Positions 9,513-17,693 of a stretch of DNA of 32,735 nt are shown here, one piece after another. The position numbers were made by a program, and so were the translations under genes. The notes under the pieces were generated by a model that saw nothing but the letters and a program-made list of their open reading frames with translations, had not been told where the DNA came from and did not search any database. Each line of letters starts with the position of its first letter. The stretch's first letter is position 1. The DNA comes from an uncultured Methanosarcinales archaeon (GTDB taxonomy: Archaea; Nanobdellota; Nanobdellia; Woesearchaeales; JACPBV01). Location of the stretch: assembly GCA_964577685.1 (NCBI GenBank), contig CAZNZT010000012.1, forward strand, positions 1-32,735. Reading direction: 5' to 3'.

Positions 9513-10945
9513 TTTTGCACCCGTATTTTATTCTTTAAAAGAGGAAAACAAATAAATCTTAAAATAGTTTTTCTTTCAGCTTGCTTCTTGAGAAGATACA
9601 TCAACACTAAAGACTCCATCAATTTCTTTTCTTTAACATTAGAAATCTGTTTTGCAAGCTCTTTCTCACCTAAACTATCCCTTACCCAATCCCGAAATAC
9701 ATTTTTATCCTCTGTAACATACCTCCTAAACTCAACCCTACCCATCTTATGTAATGCCTCTATAAGCTCATAAAGATTCCTAATTGGGGTATCATCATCC
9801 AACCAAAGGTATTTATCAGGACTTACCCCTTCCATCTCAAGCCGACTCTTATAAAAGCTTTTCTGATGCCTTATATAGTAAGTAGATAATCTCACTACAC
9901 CAGCAATAAGAAATATAAGAGCCACAAACATTATTGTAAAAACTATACTCACTGAAACTCCTAAACCAATCAAGTCTCCATAACCAATCAACAAAGAAAA
10001 ACCGAAGATAATATATGAGACGATAGTAGTAAACTCCCCACCTGTAAACAAGAAAACAAAAGAAACAACCAAAGTCAGAATAATACCAGCAAGGGATATA
10101 ACAGTATCATTATAATAACCTTCACACACCATCTCAGTATGAGGCCTATCACTCAAATCATAAATTATGGATTTACTCTTTTGGCATCCATAATATTGAG
10201 CAGCCAAAGAATGCCCAAGCTCATGAATAGCAATAGTGCTTAAGAAAATAAAAGAGCTCATAGACATAATAAAAATAAAAAACTTAAAGAACAAAAGTGG
10301 CAAAAAAATTCTGTATCTGGAACACCTCTTCATTCTAACTGTAACTCCACAATTCTTTACATCAAAATAAAATGAGAGTAACATAAAAAAGAGAGCCATA
10401 TTAGGAATAAACCAAACCATAACAGAAGGCTCCCCTCCAAATAAAACAAAACCAAGAGGAATAAGAGAAGTAAAAGAATACAATATACCAAAATACCCTG
10501 CTCTTTTGAGATAATAATTAGAAAAAAGAACAAGGTCCATAGAAACAATCAAAACTACAAGATATGAAATAGTTGAAACAAAAAGAAAAAAGACATTTGC
10601 ACTATAAAGCACAGCCACGGAACTTAAAAAGAAAAGAAACAAAAAATATAGCAAATGTTTATTATTAACCAGAAGATACACAATAAGAAGAAGAATCGTT
10701 GATTTTATGATACTAAAACAACCATCTATAAGTATAAAATCATTCCTATGGGGCAAGATTAGATTAAAAGCCCAAGCAAGATTTAAAAAACTTGGCAAAA
10801 GAAAAACTAAGCCGTTCACACCAATAAGCTTCCCGATACCACAAATATTTCTATTCTTAAGCCATAAAAAGAAAACATAAAAAGAAAGTATAGCAACTCC
10901 AAGTGTGCTTAATCCATTAAGGAAATAAATAAAATTAAAGGCCAT
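9509..10945 (-). CDS. Polytopic membrane protein: N-terminal multi-TM region, M50-like HExxH metallopeptidase, and DUF5752-like cytoplasmic domain
   Basis: About 7 N-terminal TMs; IHELGH (HELGH at 10211-10225) in a TM, followed by ISLAG and GYGD; C-terminal LWLDDDTPIRNLYELIEAL...KNVFRDWVRDSLGEKELA. Confidence 0.7.
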   Translation of the reverse strand: MAFNFIYFLNGLSTLGVAILSFYVFFLWLKNRNICGIGKLIGVNGLVFLLPSFLNLAWAFNLILPHRNDFILIDGCFSIIKSTILLLIVYLLVNNKHLLYFLFLFFLSSVAVLYSANVFFLFVSTISYLVVLIVSMDLVLFSNYYLKRAGYFGILYSFTSLIPLGFVLFGGEPSVMVWFIPNMALFFMLLSFYFDVKNCGVTVRMKRCSRYRIFLPLLFFKFFIFIMSMSSFIFLSTIAIHELGHSLAAQYYGCQKSKSIIYDLSDRPHTEMVCEGYYNDTVISLAGIILTLVVSFVFLFTGGEFTTIVSYIIFGFSLLIGYGDLIGLGVSVSIVFTIMFVALIFLIAGVVRLSTYYIRHQKSFYKSRLEMEGVSPDKYLWLDDDTPIRNLYELIEALHKMGRVEFRRYVTEDKNVFRDWVRDSLGEKELAKQISNVKEKKLMESLVLMYLLKKQAERKTILRFICFPLLKNKIRVQK

Positions 10946-10984
10946 ATTTCAACCCCTTTTTTAACAAAAAAACACTTCAGAACT

Positions 10985-10998
10985 ATTTAAAACTTTCG
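10985..10998 (-). promoter_or_regulatory. BRE/TATA promoter for the 10945 gene cluster
   Basis: Minus strand CGAAAGTTTTAAAT about 40 nt upstream of the ATG, with SD-like AGGGGTTGA in between. Confidence 0.55.
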
Positions 10999-11004
10999 TG
11001 CAAA

Positions 11005-11517
11005 CTAGCACTCAAAACTTCTTAGTATTCCTACATAACTATCTCTATTTTCCTCATAGCTATCATAACTTGTTACCAAAACAACAATAACTTCCTTATT
11101 ACCACATAATCTACCAGAAACTATACTCCTAAGCTCCTTATTATAGAAATTCATGGCATAAGTAAACCATTCTACACCATTAATCTTCATACTCTTAACA
11201 TTCTTGTAGATTTCATCTGCACTAATCTGCTGGTCTGAAAAATCACTATAAGCTTGTCCTCTACCTAATTCCATAATATCACTAGAAGAAACATTTTCAT
11301 TTACAATAAACAAAATAGCATTATTATACTTGTCTAAGAAAGCAATCCTATTATTGCTTTTGTCTGCCTCCCTAAAAGTAGTTGGATAAACAAAAGAAAA
11401 TCCATAAGAGCTCTTATAACTTTTAAACGCCTCTTCTTCAGCTACCTCCTTATTCTTGCAACCCATGAGAACTAGTAAAAAAAAGAACACAAACAAAAGA
11501 AATTTCTTGTCCATCAT
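11005..11517 (-). CDS. Lipoprotein, PsbP/Mog1-like fold
   Basis: Lipobox-like LMGC; FKSYKSSYGFSFVYP start and ILRSF end match the PsbP-like pattern. Confidence 0.6.
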   Translation of the reverse strand: MMDKKFLLFVFFFLLVLMGCKNKEVAEEEAFKSYKSSYGFSFVYPTTFREADKSNNRIAFLDKYNNAILFIVNENVSSSDIMELGRGQAYSDFSDQQISADEIYKNVKSMKINGVEWFTYAMNFYNKELRSIVSGRLCGNKEVIVVLVTSYDSYEENRDSYVGILRSFEC

Positions 11518-11555
11518 AATAAAATAAACCCTCTATTTTATAAAACTTTTGGTTA

Positions 11556-12503
11556 TCACTCTGCCTGTATTGCTGTAATCTCTATCGTACCATTACAACT
11601 CCCAGATACCTGCGAAGGAACATATATTCTCCAATATGTTACATTAGAATCATTCCCATAGGCAACATCATTTGTCCTTACTGGAAGTGTAAAATCAGGA
11701 ATCAATGTTGAAGTATTAGAGAGATTTGTCATATTCCCATAACTAATACTTATATTTGTAGCATATCTCTCATAATGCATTGATATATTGCCTACCTCAC
11801 ATATCATTGAAACATTACTATAATCATTACTATAAGCCTCTGTCCCTCCCCAACCCCTAACGCTAATATTTATAGGAACATTACCAAAGTTATAAACCTT
11901 AAGTGGTTTAGAGGCAGAGGTCTCTGTAACAGATAGATCACCATAATCTAACACATCAGCGGTACCAATACCAATAACTGGACTTATCTCAAATAAAGTA
12001 GAGTTTTTAGTATCAGACAAGCCAAAAGCATCGGCTGCTTTTACAGTACACCTCCAACTACCATTATTGGCATAATACCAAACACCGAAAAGGCAATAGC
12101 AAGATGCATTGGTTGATGAGATGGAAACACAATCACAACTTGTATTAAAATACCTATAATTATTATCTGCACTAGAGTTATCCTCATCATATCCGCTTAA
12201 CTCAAAATATATAGTAGCATTTACAGTAGTAATATCATCCCAACCATTTGGATCCCTAATCTTACTAGTGCAATTAATAAGTGTAGTAGTGGTATTTGTT
12301 CCTTGTAAACTAATAGGTGGATCTGGCTTTATAGAAACATTATAGATTGTGGGAGGGTTATTAGTTACATTCAGTATTGCAATAGTAGTATCGGTTGTAC
12401 TACCTATAACATTTCTAGAATAGAGCATAACCCCTAATGAAAGAGCTATTAAGAACAATAATTCAAATATCAAAATAGGCATATCATTCTTAGCATTCGA
12501 CAT
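11556..12503 (-). CDS. Secreted two-domain beta-rich surface glycoprotein, paralogue of the C-terminal part of the 20127-21902 protein
   Basis: Signal peptide; shared motifs YYANNGSWxC, DYG(D/E)LS, YERY, TLPxRTND, TYW, VSGxCxG. Confidence 0.8.
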   Translation of the reverse strand: MSNAKNDMPILIFELLFLIALSLGVMLYSRNVIGSTTDTTIAILNVTNNPPTIYNVSIKPDPPISLQGTNTTTTLINCTSKIRDPNGWDDITTVNATIYFELSGYDEDNSSADNNYRYFNTSCDCVSISSTNASCYCLFGVWYYANNGSWRCTVKAADAFGLSDTKNSTLFEISPVIGIGTADVLDYGDLSVTETSASKPLKVYNFGNVPINISVRGWGGTEAYSNDYSNVSMICEVGNISMHYERYATNISISYGNMTNLSNTSTLIPDFTLPVRTNDVAYGNDSNVTYWRIYVPSQVSGSCNGTIEITAIQAE

Positions 12504-12521
12504 TCTTCTTAATCAAAAGTT

Positions 12522-12543
12522 AAAAAAGATAAAAAAAACAAAA
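12522..12543 (-). terminator. U-rich archaeal terminator-like tract after the 248-aa gene
   Basis: Minus strand TTTTGTTTTTTTTATCTTTTTT beginning 7 nt after the stop. Confidence 0.5.
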
Positions 12544-12550
12544 TCCAGCT

Positions 12551-13297
12551 TTATGCTAGTTCTATGTAAAAGTAGTAGGTAGTTGTCGAACTATCATCTC
12601 CGTTCTCTCCAACAATCAACTGGAAGTCCCAGGTGTTATTATTGAAACCATTTACATTCTGCTCTGTTTTTGTTGCAAATATAACGGTCTGTGTATTGTT
12701 TTCTGTAAGCAATGTTTCATTCCAGTGTAGATTCTGAGATTGATTATTCACATAAAGGTGTGTGGCTGGACATTGGTACAATGTTGTTGAACCAACAGTT
12801 ATATCCAAAGTACCTGTAAAGGTCTCATCAATCCCATCACTATCGCTAGGATTCATCCCATACGCTTCTTCTAACTTAGTCACATTAAGTAATGAACCAC
12901 CATCTGTCCCTGTTCCATCAGATGTAAGATTCAAGCAAACAACATCACTCCAATCACCAACCGAACTATTTGCTGCATATATCTTTCCAACAAAATCCAA
13001 ATCCTCAGAACTCCAGTCATACAGAGTATAGCCGTTTGCATCATCTAATGTTATTTTCCCTGAGATATTTCCATAGTAGCCCTGCCATCTATCAGTCAAA
13101 ATTGTTGTATTAATCAACAACTGCGTTACATTGCCTGCCTGTGCATCTACTTGTTTAACACCACCATCAAAAGTGGTTTTTCTCTCACTCTTCACCTTTG
13201 TTATGCTATCCGGTCCATAGGGAGCACCAATAGATATTGCTGCTAGACCAACCAAAACCGACAAAACCAAAATCGCTCTAAGCACTTCCTTTTTCAT
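12551..13297 (-). CDS. Small secreted beta-rich protein, candidate major fibre subunit
   Basis: Signal peptide, AQAGNVT..WQGYYGNISG..LYDW, two Cys, terminal strand TYYFYIELA, no anchor; full SD GGAGGTGA at 13306-13313. Confidence 0.75.
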   Translation of the reverse strand: MKKEVLRAILVLSVLVGLAAISIGAPYGPDSITKVKSERKTTFDGGVKQVDAQAGNVTQLLINTTILTDRWQGYYGNISGKITLDDANGYTLYDWSSEDLDFVGKIYAANSSVGDWSDVVCLNLTSDGTGTDGGSLLNVTKLEEAYGMNPSDSDGIDETFTGTLDITVGSTTLYQCPATHLYVNNQSQNLHWNETLLTENNTQTVIFATKTEQNVNGFNNNTWDFQLIVGENGDDSSTTTYYFYIELA

Positions 13298-13411
13298 TTA
13301 CATTTTCACCTCCTTCTTCTTCACAATCTCGTTTTCGTTTACATTTACTTTCTTCAATTACATTCACATTCACGATTTCCGTGAACATAAACAAAAAACA
13401 AAATGAAAAAA

Positions 13412-13516
13412 GGGCTGTTCAGAAATAAGGCAGAGGTAATAACGCGAGGTGTTTTGGATGGATGATTCATAATATACTTATCTAGGATTTATTACCCATG
13501 CCCTATTTCCTTGCCC
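13412..13516 (-). other. Long RNA stem-loop followed by a U-tract (terminator/attenuator or structured leader)
   Basis: 13421-13442 pairs with 13489-13510: 18 Watson-Crick, 3 G-U on the minus strand, 1 mismatch. Closed by GGGC/GCCC; U-rich tract at 13391-13411. Confidence 0.6.
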
Positions 13517-13524
13517 AAATAAAG

Positions 13525-14190
13525 CTATTGAGCCTTAGCTATCACCTCCTTCTCCAACATTGAAAACATACCCTTAGGATCATAAATAACCTTGAGCTTA
13601 TTTAAAGAAAAAATTGGCTTTTTGCCCTGTTTCACTAGTCTAACAAACAAATCCCTAACAAAACATTGCACCCTAATTAGCTTAGACTTTCCACCTGGTT
13701 TTTTTATTACAACAGAACCAAGATTTTTTTCAATCTCTTTCGCAATATCAGATACTATGAAAACCCTAATGTCTTCAATATGAGGAAAAACAAGCATAAG
13801 GTCTATCTTATCCAAATAACCTTCAATCTTCCAATAGAACTTCAAAAGATAATAATGCAATTTCTCATTATCCAGAAACAATATTCTTAATATAGGCTTA
13901 TGATAGTTCTCTAATCTAAGAAGCCTCCTATCCGCAAAATGATTCATAGCAGAAACAAGATAAGCAAACTCACTTGATAAAGAGAACAGACTTCTTGGCT
14001 TTCCCTTGTCCCTATTAGGTACTTTCTCCTTCTTAACAAGTTTGGCAGCTTCCAACAACCTCAACTGTTGGCTTATATTTGCAATTGTTGTCTTTGACCT
14101 TTGTGATAATTGCAAAGGGGAGAACTTACCTTCAGAAAGAGATTTTATTATATTCCACTTCTGCTCAGCAAACAATGTTACTAACTCCAT
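13525..14190 (-). CDS. ArsR-like winged-helix regulator with a C-terminal degenerate nucleotidyltransferase-like domain
   Basis: KWNIIKSL..SPLQLSQRSKTTIANISQQLRLLEAAKLV..GKPRSLFSL forms the wHTH. The C-terminal IDLMLVF..DIRVFIV lacks the GS/DxD catalytic residues. Confidence 0.7.
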   Translation of the reverse strand: MELVTLFAEQKWNIIKSLSEGKFSPLQLSQRSKTTIANISQQLRLLEAAKLVKKEKVPNRDKGKPRSLFSLSSEFAYLVSAMNHFADRRLLRLENYHKPILRILFLDNEKLHYYLLKFYWKIEGYLDKIDLMLVFPHIEDIRVFIVSDIAKEIEKNLGSVVIKKPGGKSKLIRVQCFVRDLFVRLVKQGKKPIFSLNKLKVIYDPKGMFSMLEKEVIAKAQ

Positions 14191-14252
14191 TTTTTCTTTA
14201 ATCTAAATTAGTATGGTAAAGTGTATCTTAATCTAATCAAAAGAAGAGGTTA

Positions 14253-14266
14253 TATATAAATTTTTC
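14253..14266 (-). promoter_or_regulatory. BRE/TATA promoter of the wHTH gene
   Basis: Minus strand GAAAAATTTATATA. Confidence 0.5.
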
Positions 14267-14400
14267 TATTTTTAATTAAGTACTGTAGTACTGTAATTTC
14301 TTTATGATTATAATTAAAAAATACAGTAATTAAGAAAACATTAAAATAGAAAGATATAAAAGCAATGTCAAACAAAAATAAAAATATACAAAAACAAAAA

Positions 14401-15048
14401 ATGAAAAAGATTGAAAAACTCTTAGAACTAATAAAAAAGACTGAGAAAGACAAAAAAGTAAAGAAAATAGTAAGTTCAAGAATCAAAAAATTTGAAAAAA
14501 TAAGAAATGGAACAACAAATGATATTTTCAAAGAACTTTGTTTCTGCATACTCACAGCAAACTTCAATGCAGAAAAATCTATACAGATTCAAAATAAAAT
14601 AGGAAATGGATTTTTAACACTACCTGAATCAACTTTAGCAAAAAGGTTAAAAGAATTAGCACATAGATTCCCAAACACAAGAGCGAGATATATTGTAAAA
14701 GCAAGAAAATACAAAGAAGAAATAAGGGAAAAAATATTATCAGTAAGCAATAAAAAGAACAAAGAAGAAATAAGAGAATGGCTTGTCAGAAATATAAAAG
14801 GAATAGGTTATAAGGAAGCGAGTCATTTCCTGAGAAATATTGGTTTTAAAGAATTTGCAATTATAGACTTCCACATAATTGACTTGCTAAAAAGATTTAA
14901 CTTAATTAAAAAAACAAAAAACATTGGAAAGAAGAGGTATCTAGAAATAGAGAAAACACTAAAAGCTCTTGCCAAAAAGTTACGGATAACACTAGCAGAA
15001 CTGGATTTTTATCTTTGGTATATTGAAACTAAGAAGATACTAAAATAA
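14401..15048 (+). CDS. ogg: 8-oxoguanine DNA glycosylase/AP lyase, OGG2 family (alternative start 14365)
   Basis: ELCFCILTAN, HRFPNTRARYIV, HhH motif IKGIGYKEASHFLRNIG, IIDFH, LDFYLWY and terminal Lys. A TATA-like GAAAGATATAAAA at 14349-14361 is too close to 14365, which favours 14401. Confidence 0.92.
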   Translation: MKKIEKLLELIKKTEKDKKVKKIVSSRIKKFEKIRNGTTNDIFKELCFCILTANFNAEKSIQIQNKIGNGFLTLPESTLAKRLKELAHRFPNTRARYIVKARKYKEEIREKILSVSNKKNKEEIREWLVRNIKGIGYKEASHFLRNIGFKEFAIIDFHIIDLLKRFNLIKKTKNIGKKRYLEIEKTLKALAKKLRITLAELDFYLWYIETKKILK

Positions 15049-15092
15049 AAAACAAAAAGAAATATAAATAACAAACAAAAATTTAATATGAT

Positions 15093-15917
15093 ATGGTACT
15101 AGAAAGTCTAATAAACCCTATAAAAGCAGAAAGAGAACCATGGGAGATGCTCTTTATAGGGATGATATACTCATCGCTTGCCATAATTATAAGCCACTAC
15201 ATATTCAGGGAGGATGCAAGCCTTATCATGATTTTTCTAACATCATTTGCTGCTGTACCTCTTATCTACGGAGCAATAAAGATAGAAGAAAAAAAAGATA
15301 TTCTCTATGAAGACGAGAAATTCCTAATAAAAGAACACGGAAAAGCACTAAGCTTCTTTATGTTTCTTTTCCTTGGTTTTGTGATATCATTTTTAGTTTG
15401 GTTTATTTTCCTACCAAGTGATACAACCAGCATATTATTCAAGACTCAATTAAGAGACCTGAGGCGTATAGAGATGGTAAGTTATGCTACCACTGGAAAC
15501 TTTACAAATCTCTTCACAACATTAAGCAAGATTTTTTTCAATAATGTAAAGGTAATGATATTTAGCCTTCTATTTTCACTTTGCTATGGTTTTGGAGCAA
15601 TATTCATTCTTACATGGAACGCATCTATTATTGCTACTGCTATTGGGAACTTCATCAGGAATGCAACAGGAGGTTATCTCGCATTAGTTTCAGTTGGTCT
15701 AGTAAGGTATATGATCCATGGAATCCCAGAGATTATGGCATACTTCATGGCTGCACTTGCCGGAGGCATAATATCTGTTGCAGTCATAAGACACGACTTC
15801 GGTAGCGAAAAATTCAGACATATAATGATAGACTCACTTGACCTAATCATAGGCTCACTTGTGTTACTGTTCATAGCTGCACTTCTTGAAGTCTTTGTAA
15901 CTCCACTTTTGTTCTGA
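15093..15917 (+). CDS. SpoIIM/DUF95-family membrane protein
   Basis: Multi-TM; IFFNN..WNA..HGIPEI..AALLEVFVTP. Confidence 0.8.
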   Translation: MVLESLINPIKAEREPWEMLFIGMIYSSLAIIISHYIFREDASLIMIFLTSFAAVPLIYGAIKIEEKKDILYEDEKFLIKEHGKALSFFMFLFLGFVISFLVWFIFLPSDTTSILFKTQLRDLRRIEMVSYATTGNFTNLFTTLSKIFFNNVKVMIFSLLFSLCYGFGAIFILTWNASIIATAIGNFIRNATGGYLALVSVGLVRYMIHGIPEIMAYFMAALAGGIISVAVIRHDFGSEKFRHIMIDSLDLIIGSLVLLFIAALLEVFVTPLLF

Positions 15918-16019
15918 TAAAGAAAATAAAAAAAGTAGTTAAACAATAATCAAGAAACACTAAGAACAAAACCCATAAATTTATATACTAGTATCTTATT
16001 TCTAATTATCAGGGGGGAG

Positions 16020-16418
16020 ATGGTAATACTATTTGACAGATTCAATCTACCAGAAGACATATTTGAGATAATCTTTGCTACAACTCAGCAAAAGATAGTT
16101 GGAAAAGTATTGGTAAACTATATGAAAGAACATGGAAACAGAATAACAAAAACAGAAATGTCGCTTCTTGCAACAAAACTCCATGAAGGCAGGTTTATTA
16201 CAACAATAGATGAAGAACCCTACAAGGGAAAAAGAGTAAAACTATCATACAATAAAAGACAATTCTATGATAGGATACTTACTCCAATGAGAAGCATGGG
16301 CCTAATTGACTACAATCTCTACGAAAAAACATACGAAATAAGTGAGAAATTCCAAAAAGAGCTAATGAAAATTGGCTCTATGTGGATTAAAGAAATAAAA
16401 AAACCAGCAAAACTATAA
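16020..16418 (+). CDS. Hypothetical protein, probably winged-helix
   Basis: 132-aa ORF with TATA (TTTATATA, about 15979-15986) and G-rich SD; FYDRILTPMRSMGLIDYNLYEKTY resembles a recognition helix plus wing. Confidence 0.7.
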   Translation: MVILFDRFNLPEDIFEIIFATTQQKIVGKVLVNYMKEHGNRITKTEMSLLATKLHEGRFITTIDEEPYKGKRVKLSYNKRQFYDRILTPMRSMGLIDYNLYEKTYEISEKFQKELMKIGSMWIKEIKKPAKL

Positions 16419-16590
16419 ACAGATATCAAAATAATATTAAATGTTCTGCGAAATTTAGTGAGGAGAACGCAATAGTAACCCCTAAAGAAGATTTAAAAAC
16501 AAAATCAAAAAGCAAATCTTCTAGAACTCACTAAACAGCGAGCTCTCAAATTGAATTTAATATTCCATATCATTCAAATATCAATAACAA

Positions 16591-16604
16591 GAAAGGTTTA
16601 TAAA
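16591..16604 (+). promoter_or_regulatory. BRE/TATA promoter of the glycosyltransferase, probably leaderless
   Basis: GAAAGGTTTATAAA ending 22 nt before the ATG at 16627. Confidence 0.65.
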
Positions 16605-16626
16605 CAGGCATTATTATCTCAAACCT

Positions 16627-17688
16627 ATGAGGATATTATATGGTCTAGCAGGAGAAGGGTTTGGACATTCCTCAAGAGCAAAAACGATAATCCCTTACCT
16701 AGAAAAAAAAGGGCACAGGGTAACTATCATAACATATGGACAAGCACTAGAATCTTTAGATAAAAGCAAGTTTAGAATATTCCCAATAAAAGGCCCTCAC
16801 ATAATCTTTAAGAATAATATACTAAACAAATCAAAAACAATAAAAGTCTCAATCCGAAATCTTCTCTCAAATCTAAAAAACTCAAAAGAAATTTACAAAC
16901 TAATGAAGCAAAACTTTGATTTATGTATTTCAGATATGGAACTAACAGTGTCTTTACTTTCTTCTATTTATTCAATACCTCTAATTTCAATAGACAACCA
17001 GCATAGACTAACAAACCTAGAAGTTAACACCCCCATCCCGAAAAAATACAAGAAAGAATTCCTAATAGCAAAGGGCATAATAAAAGCATTTGCAATAAAA
17101 CCGGATTTTTATATTATAACATCATTTGTTAAGGCAAAGATTAAAAAGAAATATAAAAAAAATACTTTTGTTGTCCCCCCCATAATCAGACCAGAAGTCT
17201 TAAGGCTTAAAGATAAAACAGAAGATAAAGATTTTATTCTTGTATACTTAACTAAAAAAAACCCAAGAGTTTTAGAAACTCTAAAAAGAATAAACGAAAA
17301 ATTTAAGATTTATGGTCATGAAAAAAACAAAAAGGAAAAAAATCTAGAATTCAAAAAAACAGGAGACCATTTTATTTTTGATTTAGCAAAATGCAAAGCT
17401 GTTATAGCTTCGGCAGGATTTACACTTATCTCAGAAGCAATCTATCTAAAGAAACCATATTTTGCAATACCACTCCAAGGGCAATTTGAACAAACAATTA
17501 ATGCAATCTCATTGAAAAAACACAGGATAGGAGACTATAGTGAATCCCCAAAAAAGGAAGATATCGAAGAGTTCATTTCAAAACTGAAAATCTACAGAGA
17601 AAGGCTAAAAAAGTATCCAATAAACGAAAAAGAAATTTTTAGGGCGATAGACAAGGTTCTAGGAATAATAGAAAACAGCAAAGCATAA
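16627..17688 (+). CDS. GT-B glycosyltransferase, MJ1255/VC2487-like family
   Basis: ILYGLAGEGFGHSSR, ISD.E, SIDNQH, ILVYL, AGFTLISEA, PLQGQFEQ..NA. Confidence 0.85.
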   Translation: MRILYGLAGEGFGHSSRAKTIIPYLEKKGHRVTIITYGQALESLDKSKFRIFPIKGPHIIFKNNILNKSKTIKVSIRNLLSNLKNSKEIYKLMKQNFDLCISDMELTVSLLSSIYSIPLISIDNQHRLTNLEVNTPIPKKYKKEFLIAKGIIKAFAIKPDFYIITSFVKAKIKKKYKKNTFVVPPIIRPEVLRLKDKTEDKDFILVYLTKKNPRVLETLKRINEKFKIYGHEKNKKEKNLEFKKTGDHFIFDLAKCKAVIASAGFTLISEAIYLKKPYFAIPLQGQFEQTINAISLKKHRIGDYSESPKKEDIEEFISKLKIYRERLKKYPINEKEIFRAIDKVLGIIENSKA

Positions 17689-17693
17689 ATCTC

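Noticed and set aside
11556..13297. Type IV pilins or archaellins
   Set aside because: No class III signal peptide; Sec-type signals instead, and no assembly ATPase nearby.
13278..13388. 36-codon minus-strand ORF (MFTEIVNV...) overlapping the start of the 248-aa gene
   Set aside because: No SD, preceded by a U-tract, no recognisable features; probably chance.
14280..14330. TACTGTA direct and inverted repeats in the divergent promoter as an operator
   Set aside because: 7-mers in very AT-rich DNA with irregular spacing; not distinguishable from chance.
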